A stretch of 32,000 nt of DNA from Candidatus Poseidoniaceae archaeon. Its GTDB lineage: Archaea; Thermoplasmatota; Poseidoniia; Poseidoniales; Poseidoniaceae. Of the stretch, positions 1 through 8,767 are shown one piece after another. Below the pieces are notes generated by a model, which worked only from the letters and a program-made list of their open reading frames with translations, was not told where the DNA came from and ran no database searches. The position numbers and the translations under genes are program-made. The DNA lies in contig CALSTM010000002.1 in the NCBI GenBank assembly GCA_943789275.1, forward strand, positions 120,001 through 152,000, read 5' to 3'. The stretch's first letter is position 1. Every line of letters starts with the position of its first letter.

Positions 1-263
1 AGAAGAGAACCGGTGGAGGGAAGAAGAAGAAATCCGGCACAGTTTCAGCAAATATCCCGGGCAAGGTTGTCACGGTTGAAGTCAATGAAGGTGACCAAGT
101 CACTGAAGGACAAGTGATCCTTATTCTTGAAGCAATGAAAATGCAAAATGAAATTCAAGCACCCATCACCGGCACGGTCACCATCGTTCATTGTGAAGAA
201 GGGCAGGCTATTGAAGCAAATATCCCGCTTGTCGTGATTGAACCTGCACCGGAACCAGAGTGA
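1..263 (+). CDS. C-terminal biotinyl carrier domain of a biotin-dependent carboxylase/decarboxylase (5' end cut by window edge)
   Basis: The frame with codons from nt 3 is open from the window edge to TGA 261-263. It reads ...GKVVTVEVNEGDQVTEGQVILILEAMKMQNEIQAPITGTVTIVHCEEGQAIEANIPLVVIEP..., and EAMKM is the canonical biotinyl-lysine motif. It is absent from the ORF track because no start codon lies in the window. Track ORF 45..281(-) is its antisense shadow. Confidence 0.85.
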   Translation, partial: KRTGGGKKKKSGTVSANIPGKVVTVEVNEGDQVTEGQVILILEAMKMQNEIQAPITGTVTIVHCEEGQAIEANIPLVVIEPAPEPE

Positions 264-338
264 AAAATACGGTACGAACAAAGTTCTCAGGTACGACCAA
301 ATACGACCCTTAAAGACCTGTCAGCGCTAGTCTCGTCT

Positions 339-578
339 ATGGCCGGGACAGCAGTGTGTGATTTCCCCGGATGCGGAGTCGAAGGTACAATTGTCTCCCG
401 ACTCTCTCCTGAAGGATACTTGGTCGCCACCGGCAAGAAAGCATACTCCTTTCGAGAAGCCTATCGGCGTTTCCATTACTGCGATGCACACCATGACGAA
501 TTGATGAGTGGGGTCTGGTCTCGTGTTCGAAAACCTGAGGACAAGAATGAAGGGCATGTGGCACCAACAGCCATTTGA
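339..578 (+). CDS. small Cys/His-rich hypothetical protein (possible zinc-binding)
   Basis: ATG-initiated 79-aa ORF. About 40 percent of codons start with G (GNN bias), which is typical of coding sequence here. Cys/His pattern is C7-x4-C12 ... H46-x-C48-x2-H51-H52 (CDFPGCG ... HYCDAHH). Two antisense track ORFs cover the same span and are probably shadows. No family recognised. Confidence 0.5.
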   Translation: MAGTAVCDFPGCGVEGTIVSRLSPEGYLVATGKKAYSFREAYRRFHYCDAHHDELMSGVWSRVRKPEDKNEGHVAPTAI

Positions 579-673
579 GATTCAAGAAATTTCTTCGCCA
601 ACGGCATATTGCACCCTACTGCTCCACAGTAATCATTCCATACGCTGATAAACCAGTATGCTATGGTTTGGCT

Positions 674-3600
674 ATGTCCACTCACGAACGTAAAACGGTT
701 TTACTTCAAATTCGGGCCAGCCTGATGACCACAATGCTTGTTCTAACAAGCTTGAGCCTTGGTGCATTAACTGCCTCTGCAATCGGTCCAAACCAATCTG
801 ACCTTGGATACAATGGAGACTTGCCAGACAATTCAACTGCAGTTATGAGCAGCCAGGCGGTCATAAATGTCAGTGGGCTTGCACCGTTTTCATCCGGAGT
901 TTTGTACGGTGAATTCGATGTTGGTGATGACGAGGATTGGTTTACAGTGCAACTCAATGCAAATGAAGGACTAACTGTTGAAATAAGTTATAACACCACG
1001 TACACATCAGCAAACGGCACATCCTACTTCAACGATTTTGAATTGTGGATGTATGATTCTTCGATGAATGTGATGGATTCTTCAATCGGCAACAACCCAG
1101 AAATTGTATCAACAAATTCATCGACATCAGGGCATGGAGGCACTGCATACATACGAATGGTGCGGTATGATGGATACGGTTCATACGGTCTTGAAATGTG
1201 GTCCTTCAGTACCTCGTCGACCGGTGGCAATGGCTCATCGGGAGGAAGCAATGGAAGCTCCATCCCAAACCCATGCACGGGAACTTCCACTTTCCCCGAC
1301 ATTTTAGAACCGAACGACACACCTGCAACAGCAACCTTAGCCTCAATTCTACCCATCGATTGTACTGGCCTAAGTGTTGAAATAAATTCGGCAGGTGTCG
1401 CCAATGATGATTATTACGAAATACAAATGATCAGTGGAGTGACCTATTACTTCAATTTGACATTCACGCACACCAATGGGGATATTGATGCTACTTTGGA
1501 GGATGCGTCTGGAATGTCTCTTTCTTTCAATAATTTTGTCTACATGACTTCTTCTTCAGACAATGAAGCCGCAGAATACACTGCGACGACAAATTCAACG
1601 AACTACTTCAAGGTGTATCATTATTCTTCATTCCCTTCTGGAGCAGTATCAAATGTCTATGACGTTGAAATAACGACGGACTTACCCGGAGGCGGACAAA
1701 CCATTGAATCACTGGGCGTAACTCAAACATCTCTGACGTCCTCGGAAGTGGATGTGTCCGGACTCACATCAGGCACCAACTATACTGTTTCGTATTCATC
1801 CTATCAAGATTTCATGAACGGAACAAGGTCAACCAGCACTTCGAATACCGTACCTTTCACAGCAAACGGAACTCAATACAACACGACATTGACGGTGCAA
1901 AACCCAGTCATGATTGAATCAGAATACTGCACGAGTGTCTCACTTTCTGACGCCTCAGGTGTGCTTTCGACAGATGTTGACTGCACCATTATTGAACTGC
2001 TTATATCGTCCGTACTTTCAACAACATCCGGCTCCCATTCAGCGACAAACTTGACCGTCAATACCGCTTACTCCCTTTGGTGGTTCGTTTTGAACGATGT
2101 GGAGTTCGAAAACAATTTCACTGCTAGCAATGACATTCATCTTGCTATAAATGCTTCAGTCGTCGACCAAGGATATGAGAATTTTACCAGCGCATCGACC
2201 AGCGAAAGTTGGCTCATCAATTGGAGCGGAATAACCACGATGGATGAACACATCCTTGTCAGCGTACTTTACATCCAAAATTCTGTGATCAACTTCACAT
2301 CGGGTGATGGATACATCGGAATCCACGATGACAGTTTCATACCGCAACTTCCTGGATTAGAAATTGACAGTTTTTCATCAAGCAGCACTGCGGCAACAAA
2401 CGATGTCGATGTGACTGGTGCTGATTTAGTGACCGGCGATTCGTACAAGTACCTTATACGCGTTACGGACGCAGGTGGAGCAAGCATCGCCTCCAGTCCA
2501 CTAACAAGCTTCTCCGCAACGGCACAGAACATGAGTTTGCCAACCTTTACCTATTCCACACCGAACATTTCGGGAGTGTATTGTGCCGAGGCTTTGCTTT
2601 ATTCCAACACCAATGTGCAACTGATTGGTGACAGCGGATGTTTCAACCTTATCTTTGACGACGACAATGATTCTGTTGCAAATGAAGACGACCTTTGCCC
2701 GAACTCCGCAGCAGGTGCAATCGTCGATGTCGATGGTTGTGCATCATCACAAAAAGATTCAGATAACGACGGTTACAACGATGAAATCGACGCATTCCCG
2801 AACGATTCAACCCAATACTCTGACATGGATGGAGACGGATACGGAGACAATCCTGCTGGTAATGCACCCGATGCATTCCCGAACGATTCTTCACAGTGGT
2901 CCGACTACGATTCGGATGGATACGGCGACAACCCGAACGGCAACAATTCCGATGCATTCCCCTACGATCCAACTCAATGGTCGGATTCCGATGGAGATGG
3001 CTATGGAGACAACGCTTCAGGAAGTTTTGCGGACGAATATCCTGCCGACAGTACACAATGGGTAGACCAAGACGGAGACGGATACGGTGACAATCCGAAC
3101 GGAACCAACGGCGACCAATTCCCTGTTGACAACACCCAATGGGCTGACCAAGATGGAGACGGATATGGAGACAACCCAACTGGAAACTCTCCCGATGAGT
3201 TCCCGACCGACAGCACGCAATGGGCTGACCAAGACGGAGATGGATACGGAGACAATCCAACTGGCAACAATGGGGACGCATTCCCGGCCGACGGTACACA
3301 GTGGTCTGACATGGATTCAGACGGCTATGGAGATAATCAAGCAGGTAACGACCCAGATGCATTCCCAATGGACGGCACTCAATGGGCCGACCAAGACAGT
3401 GATGGATACGGAGACAACCAAAACGGAAACGATGCGGACAGATTCCCTAACGAACCATCGCAATGGTTTGATGCTGACGGTGATGGATACGGAGACAACG
3501 CCAACGGTGTTTTACCCGACCTGTGCCCCGACACACCCGCAGGGCAAGCCGTCGATTCAAACGGTTGTTCTGAACAACAAAAAGACGATGACCTCGATGG

Positions 3601-4825
3601 TGTTCCAAACAGCGAAGATGCATGTCCTTCCACCCCAGCTGGTGAAACGGTAGACTCTACAGGTTGTTCTGGCTCTCAAGAAGACGCCGATAACGATGGC
3701 GTGATGGATATGTTTGACGCTTGCCCGCTCACCCCACTCGGCTCTGAAGTCGACGCAGCAGGTTGTGCAGACACGCAACGCGATACGGACGGTGATGACA
3801 TCAACGACCAACTCGACCAGTGCCCTTCAACAACACCTGAGATGCCGGTCAATGGCGTCGGCTGTTCAGCGGCTCAGCGAGACACTGACGCAGACGGGGT
3901 CAACGACATGATGGATACCTGTCAAAATACTGTAGTCGGTTCCGAAGTGGATGAAAACGGGTGTGCAAACGCCCAAAGAGACGATGATAATGATGCCATA
4001 AACAACGACGATGACGCATGCCCGGATACGGAAATTGGAATCATAACAAACGCAGTGGGTTGTGCAGAAAATCAACTCGATGCGGATAACGATATGATTG
4101 ACGACACCATTGACTTGTGTGCTGCAACACCGGCTGGACAACAAGTCAATTCAGTTGGTTGCGCCGCATCTCAACTCGATCAGGACAACGATTCGGTCAA
4201 CAACGACAAGGACTTATGTCCCGACACAGATGAATCACACAGTATCAACTTGGACGGATGTTCAGGATACCAACTTGACGATGACAACGATGGGGTGTTC
4301 AACATTGACGATACGTGCCCATTGACGCCCGAGAGTTCAATTGTCTTTGATGATGGATGTGCGCTTTCACAAATGGATTCTGACATGGATAATGTTAACG
4401 ACGCTGAAGACGACTTCCCTCTTGACCCGAACGAAACGACTGATTCTGACGGAGATGGTATCTCAGACACCTATGACGACTATCCAAACGACCCAAATAA
4501 ATCCGAACGCGAAGTTGAATCTGGCGGAATTGGCCTTACATATGCCATCTTGGCATTGCTGGTCGTTTGTGGTCTTGGCGCATTACTGGTCGTTCGAAAG
4601 AATCAACAATTGCCAGAGAATGCTTCACCCTTTGCAGTAGAAAACAACAGAGATGCTGCTTCTGAAGCGTTCATGAGCAATGAATCCACAAAGGAATTAC
4701 CGGAAATTCAAACCGAGTCCCAAGAATGGGAAGAGAACGGTGTCAACTGGTCGAAATCAGCTGATGGGAACTTGCATTACTACGACAGTGAATCAGGTCA
4801 ATGGGTTCTGTACCAAGCAGAATAA
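674..4825 (+). CDS. giant secreted, C-terminally membrane-anchored surface protein: two PPC-like domains plus thrombospondin type 3-like calcium-binding repeats
   Basis: The track ORF starts at TTG 575. The in-frame ATG 674 (MSTHERKTVLL...) sits just before a signal-like hydrophobic segment (MTTMLVLTSLSLGALTASA). There are two pre-peptidase C-terminal-like domains (DDEDWFTVQLNANEGLTVEI...; NDDYYEIQMISGVTYYFNL...GDIDATLED). Asp-rich repeats of the DxDxDGYGDN and CPxTPxGxxVDxxGC types follow. A C-terminal TM (LTYAILALLVVCGLGALLVV, ~4534-4596) is followed by a ~75-aa tail. Many NxS/T sequons are present. Confidence 0.9.
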   Translation: MSTHERKTVLLQIRASLMTTMLVLTSLSLGALTASAIGPNQSDLGYNGDLPDNSTAVMSSQAVINVSGLAPFSSGVLYGEFDVGDDEDWFTVQLNANEGLTVEISYNTTYTSANGTSYFNDFELWMYDSSMNVMDSSIGNNPEIVSTNSSTSGHGGTAYIRMVRYDGYGSYGLEMWSFSTSSTGGNGSSGGSNGSSIPNPCTGTSTFPDILEPNDTPATATLASILPIDCTGLSVEINSAGVANDDYYEIQMISGVTYYFNLTFTHTNGDIDATLEDASGMSLSFNNFVYMTSSSDNEAAEYTATTNSTNYFKVYHYSSFPSGAVSNVYDVEITTDLPGGGQTIESLGVTQTSLTSSEVDVSGLTSGTNYTVSYSSYQDFMNGTRSTSTSNTVPFTANGTQYNTTLTVQNPVMIESEYCTSVSLSDASGVLSTDVDCTIIELLISSVLSTTSGSHSATNLTVNTAYSLWWFVLNDVEFENNFTASNDIHLAINASVVDQGYENFTSASTSESWLINWSGITTMDEHILVSVLYIQNSVINFTSGDGYIGIHDDSFIPQLPGLEIDSFSSSSTAATNDVDVTGADLVTGDSYKYLIRVTDAGGASIASSPLTSFSATAQNMSLPTFTYSTPNISGVYCAEALLYSNTNVQLIGDSGCFNLIFDDDNDSVANEDDLCPNSAAGAIVDVDGCASSQKDSDNDGYNDEIDAFPNDSTQYSDMDGDGYGDNPAGNAPDAFPNDSSQWSDYDSDGYGDNPNGNNSDAFPYDPTQWSDSDGDGYGDNASGSFADEYPADSTQWVDQDGDGYGDNPNGTNGDQFPVDNTQWADQDGDGYGDNPTGNSPDEFPTDSTQWADQDGDGYGDNPTGNNGDAFPADGTQWSDMDSDGYGDNQAGNDPDAFPMDGTQWADQDSDGYGDNQNGNDADRFPNEPSQWFDADGDGYGDNANGVLPDLCPDTPAGQAVDSNGCSEQQKDDDLDGVPNSEDACPSTPAGETVDSTGCSGSQEDADNDGVMDMFDACPLTPLGSEVDAAGCADTQRDTDGDDINDQLDQCPSTTPEMPVNGVGCSAAQRDTDADGVNDMMDTCQNTVVGSEVDENGCANAQRDDDNDAINNDDDACPDTEIGIITNAVGCAENQLDADNDMIDDTIDLCAATPAGQQVNSVGCAASQLDQDNDSVNNDKDLCPDTDESHSINLDGCSGYQLDDDNDGVFNIDDTCPLTPESSIVFDDGCALSQMDSDMDNVNDAEDDFPLDPNETTDSDGDGISDTYDDYPNDPNKSEREVESGGIGLTYAILALLVVCGLGALLVVRKNQQLPENASPFAVENNRDAASEAFMSNESTKELPEIQTESQEWEENGVNWSKSADGNLHYYDSESGQWVLYQAE
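2789..3517 (+). repeat. in-frame tandem array, 9 x 81 nt (27-aa unit D[AEQR][FY]PxDxTQWxDxDGDGYGDNxxGNxx)
   Basis: Nine contiguous 27-aa units were read directly from the translation. Phase was checked at GAC 2789 and at the last codon, which ends at 3517. Units differ mainly at synonymous and loop positions. Confidence 0.9.
3518..4408 (+). repeat. in-frame tandem array, 9 x 99 nt (33-aa unit DxCPxTPxGxxVDxxGCxxxQxDxDxDGVxDxx); one extra unit lies at 2690-2788, just upstream of the 81-nt array
   Basis: Nine contiguous 33-aa units start at GAC 3518 and end with ...NDAE at 4408. An orphan tenth unit (DLCPNSAAGAIVDVDGCASSQKDSDNDGYNDEI) occupies 2690-2788, so the 81-nt array is inserted between unit 1 and unit 2 of the 99-nt array. 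Confidence 0.9.
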
Positions 4826-4850
4826 CACTTTATTGAACTGAGTTGAAGTT

Positions 4851-5300
4851 ATGGTTTTTCGGCGAGTTCTGTTGATGCGTCATGCGAAGAGCAATCACGA
4901 TGCACCAAGCGACTCTGAAAGACCATTAACGCCTCAAGGAAGGCACGATGCTCAAAGGATATCCTCTGAGATTCATTCACTCGGTTGGACTCCAGACAGA
5001 ATAGTGGTCAGCAATTCGAAGCGAACATTGGAAACTGTGGAAATGCTCTCCGAATGTCAGGGAGTTTCAAAAGATTCGAGAGCAGATTTGTATCTTGCCT
5101 CTTCCGAAACAATTTCCGAATACATAGAGAGCACTCAAGCATTGGAAACTTTGCTCATTGTAACCCATAACCCTGGTTGTGAACGGGTACTGTACCAACT
5201 CACCGAGGTATATCATGAAATGTCGCCGGGCTCATGTGCATTGCTTTCTGATTCGAAAGGGAAATGGATATGCGAACGGATATTGAATCCCGGTGAATAA
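4851..5300 (+). CDS. histidine phosphatase superfamily protein, SixA-like phosphohistidine phosphatase
   Basis: 149 aa. N-terminal LLMRHAKS (RHG-type catalytic motif), followed by RPLTPQGRHDA and the second catalytic His in LLIVTHNPG. Size and layout match SixA-type small phosphatases. Confidence 0.75.
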   Translation: MVFRRVLLMRHAKSNHDAPSDSERPLTPQGRHDAQRISSEIHSLGWTPDRIVVSNSKRTLETVEMLSECQGVSKDSRADLYLASSETISEYIESTQALETLLIVTHNPGCERVLYQLTEVYHEMSPGSCALLSDSKGKWICERILNPGE

Positions 5301-5305
5301 AAAAA

Positions 5306-5848
5306 TTAGTTACCTTGGGCAAACAAAACCATCTTGTCAATTGGCATGTGGTCAACTGTATCTTTACAGTAATGAGCCTCTACGATTTTCCCATCTGCTC
5401 CTATGAGGATGTCAACCGGCAACGTCGAGAGCTTGGCAGGTGAGAGCGTCAGTGGAACATACCCCTTTACCAATGTCTCAAGGAACGTAAGTGGCGCTCG
5501 AAGTGGAGCCAGCATCACACGCAGGAAAGATTTGCGAACACCGTTGCTGAGAAAATGCTCGTATGTCTCATCAGCCACGAGTGTAAAAGGCACCTTATGC
5601 TTCTTCATTCTCTTTGAAAGATTACTGATGCTTGCATCAAAGATTCCAACCATCACTGTATCTTCTGGAAATTCTCCCCAACGCTTGACCAATCGGTGAA
5701 TTCGAAGGTTACAAAAAGGGCAGGAATCGAAACGGAAGAACGTCAAAATCACTCGCTTACCTTTGTAGGTTGAGAGATCAAAGGTTGAGCCGTCGGTTGC
5801 AGGCAGCACGATTGAAGGAGCATCATCTCCTACCATCAATTGGGGCAT
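5306..5848 (-). CDS. AhpC/TSA-type peroxiredoxin-like thioredoxin-fold protein (CxxC)
   Basis: 180 aa with an ATG start. GDDAPSIVLPATDGSTFDLSTYKGKRVILTFFRFDSCPFCNLRI is the typical Prx-like N-terminal strand plus the CPFC redox motif. It converges on the SixA-like gene with a 5-nt gap. Confidence 0.75.
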   Translation of the reverse strand: MPQLMVGDDAPSIVLPATDGSTFDLSTYKGKRVILTFFRFDSCPFCNLRIHRLVKRWGEFPEDTVMVGIFDASISNLSKRMKKHKVPFTLVADETYEHFLSNGVRKSFLRVMLAPLRAPLTFLETLVKGYVPLTLSPAKLSTLPVDILIGADGKIVEAHYCKDTVDHMPIDKMVLFAQGN

Positions 5849-5920
5849 ACATTTTCCATTTCTTGGAGGTACTTAGATGTCGCTAACCAGCGATTCGCTC
5901 GTCGAAGTTGATTTCGGCAA

Positions 5921-7297
<1,377 letters not shown>

Positions 7298-7382
7298 TTA
7301 GTCGGCCCAAAGTTAGACCCTTTCTAAGTATTACCGTCGATAGTATCGGTCAAGCGGGCGTTTAGACATCAGCAGGCGTTTC

Positions 7383-7829
7383 TCAAAATGGGCATACCGT
7401 CATGTATCTTTGAAGCCGTTCAAGACGACGAACTCCGTCTGCATCTACTTCAGCCATTGCGTGAATGGCTTCCTCAATCATTGTGTGTTGATCTTCTTGA
7501 ATGCCGACGATCGTTCGCAAAGCAGTAAGCATTGCCCACTCATCTTCAGTGATGACCTCATCGTCAAGCGCAGCCACTAACGCACTTTGGTATGTAGCCA
7601 CGTCACCAGGATGATGTCCTGAATAATCGAACTCGGTTCCGTCAAAGGGATTGGTTTCCTCGCCGCGAACAACGGAGAGACAAAATGCGGTATCACTCGG
7701 GAGAATCCCAAGAGCTTCGGCAAGAATATGGAGAATTGTTGCTTCATCATCGGTTAGGATGGAATCGTCCATAGCAACTGTCAATGTACGCAAATAAAGA
7801 TACAGACCACGAGTGGGTTCGAGTGCCAT
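7383..7829 (-). CDS. hypothetical acidic protein with two TerB-like helical repeats
   Basis: 148 aa with an ATG start. An internal duplicated motif (MDDSILTDDEATILHILAEALGI and LDDEVITEDEWAMLTALRTIVGI) resembles the D-x-I-x-x-x-E-x-x-x-L signature of TerB/DjlA-N type domains. The family call is tentative. Confidence 0.6.
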   Translation of the reverse strand: MALEPTRGLYLYLRTLTVAMDDSILTDDEATILHILAEALGILPSDTAFCLSVVRGEETNPFDGTEFDYSGHHPGDVATYQSALVAALDDEVITEDEWAMLTALRTIVGIQEDQHTMIEEAIHAMAEVDADGVRRLERLQRYMTVCPF

Positions 7830-8039
7830 GAAATCTGCTGAAGTCCCCCATATTAGAATGTTCTACTGAGACCCATACACTTTCAGTCGTATACGGCTGA
7901 ACGGCCCTCAAAACTCCTGCGGCACACTACAGCAACGCAGTAAAGCGTTTTCTATTGTCATCATCTGTAAGTCATATCGTCATCATTTGAGTTACATTGA
8001 TATACTATCTTGACTACGCAATGCTACGGAGGAATCAGA

Positions 8040-8414
8040 ATGGCCAACCCAAGCAACCTTGTCTCACTCAGAATTACTGAGGAAGAAATTGCTTTGCTCG
8101 AAGCACGTGTCGGAATTGATGGGGCACGAACTCGCTCAGATGTCATCCGAATGGCCATTCAACAATTTCTCAAAGGACAACCTTTACTCCCTGGAATGGA
8201 CTCAATACGCATTCCACTTGGATACGGCGACAAAATGTTGCTTGGCCAATTGTATGAACTTCAAGGAACAACACCTGAAGCTGCAGCCCAAGAAGGGCTT
8301 TCACTCTACATAGAACAAGCCATCAAGGCTCGTTCTGAAATGACACAACAACTCGATGAACTCCTTGCGGAAGCAAAGAGTTCAACGACACGACGCGAAG
8401 AATACCACGAGTGA
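8040..8414 (+). CDS. ribbon-helix-helix (CopG/Arc/MetJ-type) DNA-binding protein
   Basis: The track ORF starts at TTG 8010. ATG 8040 is preceded by GGAGG (8028-8032, 7-nt spacer). The N-terminus LVSLRITEEEIALLEARVG...RSDVIRMAIQQFL fits the beta strand - helix - helix pattern of RHH regulators. A ~70-aa helical C-terminal extension follows. Confidence 0.65.
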   Translation: MANPSNLVSLRITEEEIALLEARVGIDGARTRSDVIRMAIQQFLKGQPLLPGMDSIRIPLGYGDKMLLGQLYELQGTTPEAAAQEGLSLYIEQAIKARSEMTQQLDELLAEAKSSTTRREEYHE

Positions 8415-8442
8415 GTGGGTGAGAGTGCAGGAGGGGATGGGA

Positions 8443-8646
8443 ATGAATTGGCAGAACGATGATTGCGAGTCTCGGGATGCCACCTTCAATGCCGTACGGG
8501 ATATGTCCAAGCCGTACGGATTTGCCGCTTTGCGTCTGCGTGCCCGTCTTGCACGCGCTGGACGAACCGGTTCTTTGAACCAAAACCCAACACACCTCCC
8601 CTCGGAAGACGGGCGGGGGGACTCAGATTCCACACCGGCTTGCTAA
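8443..8646 (+). CDS. possible small basic protein (67 aa); alternative reading of a segment that may instead be a structured RNA
   Basis: ATG 8443 (another ATG at 8437) is preceded by GGAGG at 8430-8434 with an 8-nt spacer. About one third of codons begin with G. Product: MNWQNDDCESRDATFNAVRDMSKPYGFAALRLRARLARAGRTG... . The local high GC also leaves five other frames open on both strands, so coding status is unresolved. Confidence 0.3.
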   Translation: MNWQNDDCESRDATFNAVRDMSKPYGFAALRLRARLARAGRTGSLNQNPTHLPSEDGRGDSDSTPAC

Positions 8647-8767
8647 GTTGGTTGGTTCCCACGTGCTCAGGACCCCCACATACCTGGGCACAATGATTCA
8701 CAGCAGTGCAACCGCTGCATACATTTGCTCCCCAATCCTTTAGAGGTGTCGACGCAGAACTCACGAT

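Noticed and set aside
45-281. Track ORF on the minus strand (78 aa) at the left edge
   Set aside because: It is antisense to an unmistakable biotinyl-domain reading frame (EAMKM motif) that runs to the window edge, and its product is Cys/Phe-rich with no recognisable features.
575-673. TTG start at 575 for the 1416-aa track ORF, and similarly 29329 for E3, 8010 for the RHH gene, 24699 for the SDR and TTG 20588 for the giant gene
   Set aside because: These are just the longest possible ORF extensions. Downstream ATGs place signal peptides or N-terminal cofactor motifs at the expected distance and, where visible, follow GGAGG-like sites. The 29329 extension would overlap 80 nt of the E2 gene.
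2625-3653. Cluster of long alternative-frame and antisense ORFs (for example 2649..3368 -, 239 aa; 3087..3653 +, 188 aa; 2625..3065 +, 146 aa) and the idea that the 81/99-nt periodic repeats might be a CRISPR-like array
   Set aside because: All of them lie inside the in-frame Asp/Gly-rich repeat arrays of the 674-4825 gene. The repetitive GAY/GGN codons simply lack stops in other frames, and the products are low-complexity (Arg/His/Thr/Met runs). The repeats are contiguous with no unique spacers, are translated in phase, and no cas genes are present.
7830-8039. TATA-like element (TGATATACTA, 7998-8007) as the promoter of the RHH gene, and CCTTTAGA (~8738-8745) as a leaderless promoter for XPD
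   Set aside because: The sequences only loosely match the archaeal TATA consensus, and spacing to the putative starts is ambiguous. Without transcription start data they are not reported as features.
8415-8767. Assignment of the GC-rich segment to SRP (7S) RNA or to canonical RNase P RNA
   Set aside because: I looked on both strands for the SRP helix-8 signature (a GNAR tetraloop followed by G[AG]AGCA, preceded by CCAGG). I found only a partial CCCAGGU...GAGCA on the minus strand, with no tetraloop or supporting stem. For RNase P, only a CR-V-like CCGGCUUG with a 7-bp partner is present, and the universal GGAAAGUCC (CR-I) is absent. Neither class can be claimed without a covariance-model search.
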